Numbered from the stretch's first letter, positions 11,182-20,948 are shown. The stretch: 64,000 nt of DNA from Nitrososphaeria archaeon (GCA_963752255.1 CAVVXT010000019.1:512001-576000); one strand, 5' to 3'. Translations and numbers: made by a program. The notes: generated from the letters alone by a model not told the origin.

Positions 11182-11419
11182 AAACACTTCTCCTCGCTAT
11201 ATAATTCCTTATCAAAAGCAGCAAGGCAAGCCATGCCATGGAGAGGACCAATGAGAAAAAGGCTTTAAGAACACTTGTAATTACCCTTCCGTTAAAATCG
11301 TTTGATATTCCAGGAAAAGGAACAATTAGCAGGAACACGACGAAAGTTAAAAGCAATAAGCTTATCCAAGAAAAAGTTACAAGAAGAATAAGATAGATAA
11401 AGTTCTTCAACGGCTTCAC
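11174..11419 (-). CDS. Small two-TM membrane protein
   Basis: Two hydrophobic helices; start overlaps the stop of the MraY-like gene. Confidence 0.6.
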   Translation of the reverse strand: MKPLKNFIYLILLVTFSWISLLLLTFVVFLLIVPFPGISNDFNGRVITSVLKAFFSLVLSMAWLALLLLIRNYIARRSVFR

Positions 11420-12429
11420 CCCTTTATCAGTAACGAAGTAAGAATCGCCAAAATAGTGCTGTAGGCAAACAAAAGTAGAATCCTCGTCGAAGCCTTCTTT
11501 TCGGACATGGGTCCGTCGGCAACAATCAGACGCGCTAGAGTCATCGGGGCGGCCTTATCTCTCGATGCCACCAAGAGCCCACCTTCATTCATGTAAACAG
11601 GTCGCGCCTTTATTGATCGATGCTCAACCACACCCTTGATGCTTGCAAGAATGAAGAATCCATTCAATATCGCAGGAACAAAGGCGATAAGTGAAGGAAT
11701 CTCTGTCCTAGTAACTATTGCGCTTGCACCAAACAAAGCACCTAACATCAAGCTTCCTGAGTCACCAGCAAATATCTTCGAAGGATATTTGTTGAATAGA
11801 AAAAGTGCAAATGATGCGGCAAATATTAGTAGCGGGAAGATCACGTTTTCATAGTTCCCATATAGCAGTATAGGAATTATTTGAGAAAAGCATAGTAAAG
11901 CACTCGAACCACTTATTGTTCCGTTATAGACGTCTATCATGTTAAACGCGTTCGCAACTACAGGAATAGCTAAAAGAACAATTATCGGATAAATTATGGT
12001 TAGCCTAGTCGAACCAAATATGGGAAAAAGCAGATGTGAATCATAGACTCCAAAGAAAAGCAGTGGAAATGATCCAAGTATTGTTAAAGATGTCTTCAAT
12101 TTCCCGCTTAGAACCTTCAGGTCGTCGACTAGACCGATCAAGAATATTATTGATATAGACAAAAAAACAGCAAAATACTTTATTTCAGATGTGTAAGCAA
12201 AAAGGAAAATAAGCGGTATACTTATACCGGCAAAAATGGCTGGGCCAGCGGGTTTGGGAACAAGTCTTTTATCTTTCTTATGGAAATCTTCAACAACGAA
12301 ACCCTTCTTTCTAAGAAAAATTATTGAATAAGATATTAGTAAGAATGATATAGTAAAACAGATGAGAGACAGAACGATTATAAGATATGAGGGCTCCAAG
12401 TCAATTCTTGGCTCTAGGTTTAAATTCAC
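11416..12429 (-). CDS. MraY/GPT-family polyprenyl-phosphate HexNAc-1-phosphate transferase (AglH-like)
   Basis: GLVDD, NAFNMIDVYNG, FNKYPSKIFAGDSG; multi-TM. Confidence 0.88.
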   Translation of the reverse strand: MNLNLEPRIDLEPSYLIIVLSLICFTISFLLISYSIIFLRKKGFVVEDFHKKDKRLVPKPAGPAIFAGISIPLIFLFAYTSEIKYFAVFLSISIIFLIGLVDDLKVLSGKLKTSLTILGSFPLLFFGVYDSHLLFPIFGSTRLTIIYPIIVLLAIPVVANAFNMIDVYNGTISGSSALLCFSQIIPILLYGNYENVIFPLLIFAASFALFLFNKYPSKIFAGDSGSLMLGALFGASAIVTRTEIPSLIAFVPAILNGFFILASIKGVVEHRSIKARPVYMNEGGLLVASRDKAAPMTLARLIVADGPMSEKKASTRILLLFAYSTILAILTSLLIKG

Positions 12430-12458
12430 AGACTTATTAAGATACGCTCAGATGAAGG

Positions 12459-13490
12459 ATGAATCATATACAGTGGACAAAAAACAGATTAAAGATAATC
12501 GATCAAAGTAAACTCCCAGGACAGGTAAAATATCTTTACTTAGACGACTTAGAAGATTGTTATAGATCTATAGTATCAATGCAAGTTAGAGGGGCGCCTC
12601 TAATTGGTGTAGTGGGTGCGTTTGGTCTGGCACTACTTGCAATAAGCATCAAAACAGATTCGATTAAAGAGTTTTTAGAAAAAATTGAGAAAGGAGCAGC
12701 GTATCTGTCAGATGCAAGGCCAACAGCATACAATCTTGGATATTGTGTAGGGCTTGTTCTTAAAGCAATAAAGGCTCAGAAGAGTATCATCACAATGAAG
12801 GAGCAGGCAATAAATGAAGCTTTAACAATTATGATGACGGAGGAAGGGAACAGCAAGAAAATAGGAGAATTTGGGGAATCCTTGCTAGAGGACGGAGATA
12901 CTGTTCTAACTCATTGTAATGCAGGAGCACTCGCCACAATCAAATATGGAACAGCTCTAGCCCCAATACGAATAGCTGTCGAGAGAGGAAAATGTCTATA
13001 TGTCATTGCAACCGAAACCAGGCCAGGACAGCAGGGTGCCAGGCTTACAGCCTGGGAGCTTTTTGCAGATGGTATACCTGTAACCGTGATTGCGGATACT
13101 GCTGTAGGATATTTGATGAGTAAGGGGATGATTAGCAAGGTGATCGTTGGAGCCGATAGGATTACATCCGATGGATATGTTTTCAACAAAATTGGAACGT
13201 ATCAGATCGCAGTCCTAGCAGCAGAGCATCATATACCATTTTATGTTGCGGCACCCTCTTCAACCTTTGACCTGAAGACAGCCCACAATGAAGTCGTTAT
13301 TGAGGAAAGGGAAGCAAAAGAGATTGCAATTGTAGGCAGAAAGAGAATAGTTCCGAAGGGTGTAAGAGTATTCAATCCTGTATTTGATGAGACACCACCA
13401 ACATTTGTTGAAGCAATAATAACAGAAAAAGGTATAATCCTGCCACCATATGTTGAAAGTATAAGGAAAACGATTTCTGATAGAATTTAA
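12459..13490 (+). CDS. mtnA: Methylthioribose-1-phosphate isomerase (eIF2B-alpha-like family)
   Basis: MQVRGAPLIG, ARPTA, LTHCNAGALAT, ETRP, NKIGTY. Confidence 0.88.
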   Translation: MNHIQWTKNRLKIIDQSKLPGQVKYLYLDDLEDCYRSIVSMQVRGAPLIGVVGAFGLALLAISIKTDSIKEFLEKIEKGAAYLSDARPTAYNLGYCVGLVLKAIKAQKSIITMKEQAINEALTIMMTEEGNSKKIGEFGESLLEDGDTVLTHCNAGALATIKYGTALAPIRIAVERGKCLYVIATETRPGQQGARLTAWELFADGIPVTVIADTAVGYLMSKGMISKVIVGADRITSDGYVFNKIGTYQIAVLAAEHHIPFYVAAPSSTFDLKTAHNEVVIEEREAKEIAIVGRKRIVPKGVRVFNPVFDETPPTFVEAIITEKGIILPPYVESIRKTISDRI

Positions 13491-13625
13491 TAGGGTGGAA
13501 GTTACTAAAGATATTTACACGATTTATATCTGATAGAGCTTACATATTAGTAGGATAAAAATGTCTATAACTGTTTTCTTAGAGGATAATTAATGAATTG
13601 ATATTAATTAACATACCTTAAAAAC

Positions 13626-13802
13626 ATGGTGAAAGGAAATAATTCACTTCAAAGAGTAAAAATGACGATGAAAAAGTATTATTTAGAACAAGAAAAAATA
13701 AGAGAACGATTAATTGCCAATTGTGAAACAAGAGATAAACCTAAGATAAGGTCGGATCAAAATAATATCAGGAAATTTGCATCGAACGTGTTAACTTCAT
13801 AG
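13626..13802 (+). CDS. Possible 58-aa basic protein (MVKGNNSLQRVK...)
   Basis: Open frame in AT-rich intergenic DNA, below the ORF-track cutoff; no recognisable motif. Confidence 0.3.
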   Translation: MVKGNNSLQRVKMTMKKYYLEQEKIRERLIANCETRDKPKIRSDQNNIRKFASNVLTS

Positions 13803-13900
13803 ATCTATTATTTAATAAAGATTTTAACCCTGGAAAATTTGTGTAGAAGATGTTACTAGCAAAATTAATAATGCACATAACATAAACAATGATGAGATAA

Positions 13901-13975
13901 GGGCCCGTGGCCCAGTAAGGATAAGGCATTGGCCTTCGGAGCCAAGGATCGTGGGTTCAAATCCCACCGGGCCCG
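13901..13975 (+). tRNA. tRNA-Arg(UCG), integration target
   Basis: GGGCCCG acceptor stem, anticodon arm TTGGC-CT-TCG-GA-GCCAA, T arm GTGGG-TTCAAAT-CCCAC. Confidence 0.96.
13962..13975 (+). repeat. attL core (3' end of tRNA-Arg)
   Basis: TCCCACCGGGCCCG, identical to 35231-35244. Confidence 0.9.
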
Positions 13976-14027
13976 TTCCATTTACGGTTTAAAACCTTTA
14001 ATATTAGACAGTACTATACCAGAGGTA

Positions 14028-15302
14028 ATGTCCACCAAGTACGCTAATCTCTTAGATGATACAGAAATTAGAAGATGGTACGATAATGTTTCCCGAGGTT
14101 CAAAGGTCACGGCAGACGTTTACTTGAGAAGATTAGGTGCATTCTGCCAGACAAAACAATTAACACCTAAGAATCTTATTTCATTAAAGGAGCAGGAAAT
14201 AGAAAACATCCTTTTGGATTACATAACTTCCATGGAGAAAAAAGGATTTGCTGGAAGCTACACGAAATCAACAGTAAAAGCCGTACGTTCTTGGCTTTCA
14301 TTCAACAGAAAGGAGATAAAGGTCAGACTGAAGATAAGAGGAGTAGAAGAGACACCATCCCTGAAAGATGAGCGGGTTCCAACAAAGGAAGAGCTGAAGA
14401 AGATATTCCTATCTGGTGACAAGAGATCAAGGGTAGCCTCCGTTCTTATTGCTCATTCTGGTCTGAGGATTGAAGTCTTAGGCAACTACTTAGGCGATGA
14501 CGGGCTAAGGCTAAAGGACCTGCCTGAAGTTCAGATTAAAGATGGAATCGTAGAACTTGGTAAAATCCCCACTATGATAGTGGTTAGAAAGGAGCTAAGC
14601 AAGGCAAGACACCAGTACTTCACATTTCTGTCCGAGGAAGGATGCGAATACTTGAAGGACTATCTGGATGAAAGAATGAGGCAAGGAGAAAAGCTGACAC
14701 CAGAATCTCCCATCATGACTCCAAAGCAGAAGATGAAACCATTTATCAGAGGAATCAACATTGGAGATCTAATAAGGGATCCAATGAGAAAGGCAGGTTT
14801 TCAATGGAGACCCTACGTTCTCCGAAGCTACTTTGACACACAACTTATGCTTGCAGAATCTAAAGGCTTGGTTTTGAGGGATTATCGTGCTTTTTGGATG
14901 GGGCATAAAGGTGACATCGAAAATCGATACACTACGAACAAGCAGAATCTTCCAGAACAGGTCATAGAGGACATGAGAGAAGCTTATAGAAGGTCTCAGG
15001 AATTCCTTCAGACAACTAATGGTGAGTCATCAAGTGAAAAGAAGATAGAAGATTCCATGAGAAAACATCTGCTATTGATAGCCGGGTTCAAACAGGATGA
15101 AGTAGAAAAGATGGATCTGCCGTCAATAAGCAGCGAAGACTTCAACAAGATGGTGAGAAACAAGCTGCTCGGCGCAATGGCCAACAACGGAGCAAAACAG
15201 AAGATAGTCGAAGTAAAAGAACTGGACACGTACTTGGGAAGCGGATGGGAGTTCCAAGCCGTACTACCAGACGACAAGGCAATAGTAAAACTGCCCTTCT
15301 AA
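14028..15302 (+). CDS. Tyrosine recombinase/integrase, 424 aa
   Basis: SGLR (R), LSKAR (K), YVLRSYF (H/YxxR), MGH, NRYT (Y); ATG at 14028 preceded by GAGGT and AAAACCTTTAATA BRE/TATA-like box. Confidence 0.92.
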   Translation: MSTKYANLLDDTEIRRWYDNVSRGSKVTADVYLRRLGAFCQTKQLTPKNLISLKEQEIENILLDYITSMEKKGFAGSYTKSTVKAVRSWLSFNRKEIKVRLKIRGVEETPSLKDERVPTKEELKKIFLSGDKRSRVASVLIAHSGLRIEVLGNYLGDDGLRLKDLPEVQIKDGIVELGKIPTMIVVRKELSKARHQYFTFLSEEGCEYLKDYLDERMRQGEKLTPESPIMTPKQKMKPFIRGINIGDLIRDPMRKAGFQWRPYVLRSYFDTQLMLAESKGLVLRDYRAFWMGHKGDIENRYTTNKQNLPEQVIEDMREAYRRSQEFLQTTNGESSSEKKIEDSMRKHLLLIAGFKQDEVEKMDLPSISSEDFNKMVRNKLLGAMANNGAKQKIVEVKELDTYLGSGWEFQAVLPDDKAIVKLPF

Positions 15303-15347
15303 TGCACAAAGGTTTACCTTTGACCCAAAACCAAAAATTTCCACCGC

Positions 15348-15405
15348 AAAAAAAAGACCCTAAAAAGACAGGAAAAGACCCTGAAAAAAGCCGAAAAAGG
15401 CCAAA
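15348..15405. repeat. Helically phased A-tract / AAAAGAC(CCT) repeats
   Basis: A-runs starting near 15348-15351, 15362, 15373, 15384, 15394, 15403. Confidence 0.6.
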
Positions 15406-15986
15406 TACTTCCATAGATGATCAATAAACAAATTTATTGATTAGAAACGTTAGTGTACGCGCATCTAAAAATCGATATTCTTTTGTCAAAAGGTCAAGAA
15501 CAAGGATCGGAAGAAAGTCAAAACGTGTTAAGGTCCATTAACTTTAACCAACACCATTATTAGCCAATGGAAAATCAATCTAATTCACATCTGTCTGCAT
15601 CTAAACATAGCCAAACTGGTTTGGATTTTTGGCTGATGGAGTTAAATCCTGTTACGTGAAGGGACATCATAAATTTAATGAATGGATTGAGCAAAATAGT
15701 AATTTGTGCCCTATTCATCATACGAAGTTGAAGCTGATTGAAAAATGGCTTGATAGACCTCCTCCTGACGCCGTTTATTTGCCTGTCTAATACCTTGAAA
15801 TCTTAATGTTTTAGATTAAGACATCATGGGAGGACCTTGGACTAATAGAAAAATCAACTTAAATCAACTTAATACTACTTTACGGGACTTTTGGGGGGAT
15901 CTAAAACCACTTATTGATAAAAAAAGGGGGTCCACTAGAGCCTTTTTCCTAGGGAAATCTACTTTGCTGGTCCTTTCCTTCCAGCG

Positions 15987-16199
15987 TTAAAGTATTATTG
16001 AAGCGACGATTAACGCTGTTATAAATGCACCGACGATGGCCCATGATTTTAATGAGAAACCTAGAATGGTCGCCGGTAATATGAGATTTGCTATTTTTAT
16101 GGTTTTAATTGATGGCTGAACTGTTGAGGGTGTCGCTGTTACAAATGGCGGTCTAGGCTTTGTCCTAACTGGAGGCGTTGAATATGTTGAAATGGACAT
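15987..16199 (-). CDS. Small Pro/Thr-rich protein with C-terminal TM (possibly a fragment)
   Basis: 70 aa ORF ending in a hydrophobic helix. Confidence 0.35.
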   Translation of the reverse strand: MSISTYSTPPVRTKPRPPFVTATPSTVQPSIKTIKIANLILPATILGFSLKSWAIVGAFITALIVASIIL

Positions 16200-16407
16200 T
16201 GTGGCCTCGGAGTTTTGGCTCTATCTAAGCAACATAGTTTCGTATCCCTCCTTTCAAACGGTCTTCAAAAGATCGGATTTCGTATCTATCTTTCCAAATG
16301 ACTTCGTATCCTTGATTTGAAAAGAAAAGTGGACCAAGGTAGATAAGGTCAACGCAATTGTCGGGAAAATGTTCTAAAACTTCCTTACAGTCTCCACAAT
16401 AGATGGC
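16200..16407 (-). pseudogene. N-terminal relic of an N4/N6 site-specific DNA methyltransferase
   Basis: Manual translation AIYCGDCKEVLEHFPDNCVDLIYLGPLFFSNQGYEVIWKDRYEIRSFEDRLKGGIRNYVA*IEPKLR; DPPF motif decayed to GPLF, internal stop, no start. Confidence 0.8.
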
Positions 16408-16493
16408 TTAGGAAGTCTTATAAAAAAGAAGGATTAGTAAAAGGTGTATAAAGTGGATACATAGATGTTGACAAAAGAACATGGTGAGCAGCA

Positions 16494-17348
16494 TTGAGGT
16501 TTGAAAGAATTACACTCAAAAACTTCATGCAGTACAGGGACACGGAAATACCTCTTAGCAGGAAGCCTGGCAGAAACGACCTCCACATCTTCGTCGGAGG
16601 AGGCGGCACGGGGAAGACGAACCTGTTTAGAGCGATCAGATGGTGCCTCTACGGTGACAAGCCACATCATCCAAGTCCGCGGCAGTCGCCTATTCTAAAC
16701 ATCAAAGCAGCCGAAGCCTCAGACGACATGAAAGATCGAAAGGTTGCAGTAGAAATTGTGGCTAGAGAGGGGGACCAAATCTTCCTGTTCTCAAGGAAGG
16801 CCATGTTCAAGGTCTACAGATACGCAGGCTACTTTAATTCAGTTAGCACAGAGCAGACAGGATTCTACTGGAACGTTCTTGCCGTAATGAGGCAGCAGAA
16901 GAAGCTCACAGGGGAAAGGATCAGACAGGAAGTTGGGCCTCGACTAGAAGAACTACTTGGCCTGATTATGAATAGAAACCTCTTAGCCGATATTGATGAA
17001 GACTGCTTCGCCTCTAAACCAAATGAAATAGGATACAGCAATAGCCCACTGCTGTCTTCTGGAGAACGCCGACTGCTCACGCTATCATCTAAGCTGGCCG
17101 CATGTCAACTGTCAGCGTTTAACGTGCCTATCGTGATGGATGCGCCTTTAGCATGGATGAGCGATGGAGTAATGGAGAGTTTTGCAGACATGATTTTGGC
17201 AGTTAGCAGGGTCAGGCAGGTGATACTGTTGCTCTCAACTTTAGAATATTCTCATGAAGTTAGCGAGCACTTGGACAGAAGCTGCAGCAGCAGATTCGCT
17301 CTCAAGCCAGGAAAGGACGGGCGTGAAACAGATGTGGAGACATGTTAG
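16494..17348 (+). CDS. Rad50/SMC-type (DndD-like) ABC ATPase head with almost no coiled coil
   Basis: ITLKNFMQY, Walker A GGGGTGKT, signature LSSGE, Walker B PIVMD; only 284 aa. Confidence 0.75.
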   Translation: MRFERITLKNFMQYRDTEIPLSRKPGRNDLHIFVGGGGTGKTNLFRAIRWCLYGDKPHHPSPRQSPILNIKAAEASDDMKDRKVAVEIVAREGDQIFLFSRKAMFKVYRYAGYFNSVSTEQTGFYWNVLAVMRQQKKLTGERIRQEVGPRLEELLGLIMNRNLLADIDEDCFASKPNEIGYSNSPLLSSGERRLLTLSSKLAACQLSAFNVPIVMDAPLAWMSDGVMESFADMILAVSRVRQVILLLSTLEYSHEVSEHLDRSCSSRFALKPGKDGRETDVETC

Positions 17349-17525
17349 GGACAGCAACATCTAGGTTAGCAAAACACCGATGGATTTCTATACTTCTTAG
17401 TGAAATTCAAGCTGGCGCTATTTCTATAATTATCCCTTGCTAGAATACTAAGCAACAGACATATATAAGATTATTACAGACTTACCATTAGACAAACTTG
17501 GTACGAAAATCAATTATAGAGCGCA

Positions 17526-17852
17526 TTAGAAAAATAGGGGTTCGACATGTGCTACTTTATAATGGCTTTTCTTTTTCTTAGTCTTCTTCTGCAGCTTTGA
17601 GAGTTTCGACCCTCCACTTTTAACTTCGACAAGTCCACTTTTTATAACCTTACCTGTAAGTGGATGTCTTGTCCTGACACGTAAATCAGAACCTTTTCCT
17701 GTTCTTTCGACTTCTTTCCCCTGAAGAGTTTGAGACATTGCAAATTGTTGTTCTGCCATTTTACCTTTTGCACGAATATACGCCATTTTCTCTTTATTCT
17801 TTTGCTTCTTGCTTTTCTTACCACCGAAGATTATATTTGAAATGTTACTCAA
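17526..17852 (-). CDS. Small basic PD-(D/E)XK nuclease-like protein
   Basis: GKMAE...GSD...VEVKSG catalytic pattern. Confidence 0.65.
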   Translation of the reverse strand: MSNISNIIFGGKKSKKQKNKEKMAYIRAKGKMAEQQFAMSQTLQGKEVERTGKGSDLRVRTRHPLTGKVIKSGLVEVKSGGSKLSKLQKKTKKKKSHYKVAHVEPLFF

Positions 17853-18133
17853 TGCAAGTTATTATTTGTCAAAACCGTTTATAATCTTTTCCTCTATTTA
17901 TTGACATTTTATCATATTTAGATAATTTATAGGCTATCGCTATCGCAAAAGATTGACTGCAAGTATTCCAAGCTTCTGCTGTAACATTTGATCAACAGTG
18001 TCTTCGGAGATGCTGTGTCAGAGATTCACACATAAAAATCATCTAAAAAAATTTACCTTTTATAATCCAATATATTATTTTCTTTAGTATATCTCTTGAT
18101 AACTACATTACATTCAATTAAAAAGGCTTTTAT

Positions 18134-18388
18134 ATGGAATACTTTCTTTTTATAATTATGCCTGATTGCCAATCGCTTAAAGTTGGTGATAAGTGTGATC
18201 AATGTGGTAAGGGAACTATGCGTCCTACTGGTCGAAAGTGGTGGGATTATCACAAATGGAAAAACACATTTAGGAAGTCTAACGAAGGAGAAGAAATCGA
18301 GTGTGACGAATGCGGTCATAGACATACTAATTTCGGTGTTGTAGAATATTTTTCAGCATCAGAAAGAGTTTCCGTGAACAATAAATAA
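18134..18388 (+). CDS. Zn-ribbon protein
   Basis: CDQC...CDEC pairs. Confidence 0.6.
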   Translation: MEYFLFIIMPDCQSLKVGDKCDQCGKGTMRPTGRKWWDYHKWKNTFRKSNEGEEIECDECGHRHTNFGVVEYFSASERVSVNNK

Positions 18389-18630
18389 GATACCGCTATC
18401 AATCTACTTTAACTTCATATCTTTTGACGATTAATTCTAATATAACCAAATCTTTGAAGTCTCCGAATTCGATTAGTTTGCCAAAAGAAAGATTACATTA
18501 CACACCCCTATAGAGATCAAGAAGAACCTAAAGAGGAGCGAAAGATAACTTTTGTTCTATCAAAGAATTAACTTCGAGCCTAAAAGTTGTTGTTAAGATT
18601 CGGTTAGAAATTCAAAAGATTAAAAAGCTT

Positions 18631-19179
18631 TCATATTGAATTAGCATCATAATGATTCAATTTATTTTGGCAAGAAGGACATTTTTTTCTTCTGAAAATC
18701 CATATACCTACTTCAGGAGAGCAACTTAGACAATATGACCTTTTACATTTTTCACACCAATATAACTGATCTACAATATTCTTTTTACATAAACTACAAT
18801 TGGAGTATCCATCATAAAATTGCTTAGCTTTATCAATTAATCGATCCAAAAAGACCTTAGGATAAACCTTCCAACCTGGTTCATCCATTAGGTAGAATTG
18901 AATAACGTCAGTAGATTCCTGATGAAAATATGGCATAGTATTAAAATTTTCTTTGAACACTACTTTAGCTGCTTCACTTGCTGCTAATAGAAGGAATTTT
19001 TGATCTTGTCTGATCCCTTTAAGAAACGCGTAGAATCCTCCACCAGATTTCTCTATGAAATCGTAGTTTCCTCCACTTCGACCAATCGATGTTGCTCTAC
19101 CCTCTTTCCTAAGAAGCCCTATTCTTATATCATGTCGACCAATTTTAGTAGTGGTATCATAATCGACATCTGGCCACAT
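18631..19179 (-). CDS. Hypothetical protein with C-terminal Cys8 Zn-finger
   Basis: CSLC, CEKC, CLSC, CPSC. Confidence 0.6.
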   Translation of the reverse strand: MWPDVDYDTTTKIGRHDIRIGLLRKEGRATSIGRSGGNYDFIEKSGGGFYAFLKGIRQDQKFLLLAASEAAKVVFKENFNTMPYFHQESTDVIQFYLMDEPGWKVYPKVFLDRLIDKAKQFYDGYSNCSLCKKNIVDQLYWCEKCKRSYCLSCSPEVGIWIFRRKKCPSCQNKLNHYDANSI

Positions 19180-19284
19180 AAAAAAATAATTGGTAGTACA
19201 TTCTATTTAACTTTTCAATATTTTGGAATATACAATCTTTTCTTAATGCAATTAAATTGATTTCCAAGGCGCTCTAAGAAGTAG

Positions 19285-19578
19285 TTACTTTAGTTCATTT
19301 TTTTCTATTGATCGTAACTTCCAATATGAAAGTAAGAAAAGAATCATATAAATTGCAAATGTTACCCAAAGCACGTATGGATAATCTTTTGCAAGATCAT
19401 ATGCCGCTGCAAACCCAAAGCTAATAGAGGCTATAAGGACAAAGTATAATCGATCTTTTATGATTCTGTATTTTCTGTCTTTTTCAAGAGAAGAAGTAAT
19501 TTTAACTATTTTTTCCTCTATTCCATTAAATCTTTTTTCTAAGCTCTCAAATTTTTCGTTTATCTGCTTGTCTTCCAT
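19285..19578 (-). CDS. Coiled-coil plus two-TM small membrane protein
   Basis: Charged heptad N-terminus followed by two hydrophobic helices. Confidence 0.55.
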   Translation of the reverse strand: MEDKQINEKFESLEKRFNGIEEKIVKITSSLEKDRKYRIIKDRLYFVLIASISFGFAAAYDLAKDYPYVLWVTFAIYMILFLLSYWKLRSIEKNELK

Positions 19579-19889
19579 AAAGAAATATTAGAGTGCTTTT
19601 ATAAAACCTTTGGAGAAAGAAATGTTTGACACTACGATCAAACCGTATTAATTTCAATTTAAACAAACGAGTAGTTGGGTAAGTATGAATGATATGTCAA
19701 GAACACACATGGTAAGATCAGTGTATCAAGAGCGTATATCAAAAAATTGTATCAATGGACGTAGGCTACTACAAATATAAAAGACAATTTTATTAACTTT
19801 ATATTTCTTTAAAAAAATTCTTCTCAGAATACAGAAATGTTAGAGTTAAGGCCTCAGCGCTGCAAGAAAAAATCGTGACCTCAGTCTAC

Positions 19890-20189
19890 TTAACCTATTC
19901 TTTTATTATATTTAGGATAGCGCCCATTTTTTCTATAATATCTTTTTAGTTCAGCTCGTTCTCTTTCTTCTGCTCTTTCTTTACTTCCTGTGTATTCTAC
20001 TCTATAATAAGAAATCCCTACCATTGGGTCAGAAGCGTCTGGGAAGTGTATCATAAGACGGGTATAAAGCTGTCCGTGACCTATATACAAAATATCGTCC
20101 TTATTTCCAAGTTCATAAACACCATAGTTGTCGCCTTCACGCTTCACATTTTCTTTCGTAAAATATGACCATCTAATAGCTAATGGCAT
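19890..20189 (-). CDS. Stand-alone GIY-YIG-like nuclease domain protein
   Basis: GVY...LYIG, conserved R (TRL..H), E (ERAE), N (PKYN). Confidence 0.72.
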   Translation of the reverse strand: MPLAIRWSYFTKENVKREGDNYGVYELGNKDDILYIGHGQLYTRLMIHFPDASDPMVGISYYRVEYTGSKERAEERERAELKRYYRKNGRYPKYNKRIG

Positions 20190-20286
20190 TATGTTCTATT
20201 AATAAAAATGCTATATAAAAATATTATAGACGATAATAAGTTTGGTCTAGACCGAAATTGCTCGCTTAACCAAAGCAGGTATTAAG

Positions 20287-20348
20287 ATGTTAAGTATTGT
20301 TGACATAATGTAATGCTTATATAACATTTTGTCATATACCTATAACGT
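20287..20348. promoter_or_regulatory. Three tandem TGT-N12-ACA-type operator palindromes
   Basis: 20-bp units at 20287, 20308, 20329 (21-bp period) upstream of the DUF2178/HTH pair. Confidence 0.65.
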
Positions 20349-20355
20349 TGATGGT

Positions 20356-20742
20356 ATGAACAGGAAGCAATTTGGACAATATGAGGCCATAATTGTAACG
20401 GCCATGGTGGCCGTAATTGGTGGCTCTGTGGCAATTGGTAATGCAGTATTTCCGTTAGTTGCAGTTATTGTTGGAATGACGGCCTTGTATTTAGCCGGAC
20501 GTAGAGTAAAAGAAGTGAAAGAAGATGAACGGACGTACAGAATAAGTGAAAAAGCATCGAGAATGGCGCTCCAGATCGTTATTTTAGCAACTACATTTAC
20601 CGGGGTACTTCTGATAGTATTGAGCAATAGTGGATACGCCGCCGTTGGACAAATCGGTACCTCATTGGCTTTTTCTGCCTCTGCTATATACATGCTGTAC
20701 TGGGTACTTTGCATATACTACGGTAAGAAATTCGGGGACTAG
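20356..20742 (+). CDS. DUF2178 family membrane protein (likely start ATG 20356)
   Basis: Four TM helices with central EDERTYRISEKAS motif; followed by an XRE HTH gene. Confidence 0.8.
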   Translation: MNRKQFGQYEAIIVTAMVAVIGGSVAIGNAVFPLVAVIVGMTALYLAGRRVKEVKEDERTYRISEKASRMALQIVILATTFTGVLLIVLSNSGYAAVGQIGTSLAFSASAIYMLYWVLCIYYGKKFGD

Positions 20743-20948
20743 TGGTACAGATGAAGAATAAGCTTAAGGTGTATAGAGCGATGCATGATCTGACACAAGA
20801 GGGACTTGCGGAAAAGATGAGGGTAGTAAGACAAACGATACTTGCCATAGAAAAAGGACAATTTGATCCGTCGCTGGAACTTGCCTTCAAAATCGCAAGA
20901 TTCTTTGAAGTCAGAATTGAAGATATTTTTATCCCTGAACCAAGTTAA
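20742..20948 (+). CDS. XRE/Cro-C1 HTH transcriptional regulator
   Basis: MKNKLKVYRAMHDLTQEGLA...RQTILAIEKGQFDPSLELAFKIA. Confidence 0.9.
   Translation: MVQMKNKLKVYRAMHDLTQEGLAEKMRVVRQTILAIEKGQFDPSLELAFKIARFFEVRIEDIFIPEPS

Noticed and set aside
13929-14027. ORF-track extension of the integrase through the tRNA, suggesting an SSV1-type split integrase
   Set aside because: In the reconstructed circle the frame upstream of attR hits TAA at 35186-35188 with no start codon; ATG 14028 has its own SD and TATA-like box, so the gene is intact.
15840-15975. ORB-like replication origin (G-strings, TTTCCTAGGGAAA palindrome, AAATCAACTT x2)
   Set aside because: No repeated ORB consensus and no cdc6/orc1 gene; too weak to call.
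16494-17348. Dnd phosphorothioation system
   Set aside because: No DndC/PAPS-reductase, DndE or cysteine desulfurase genes nearby.
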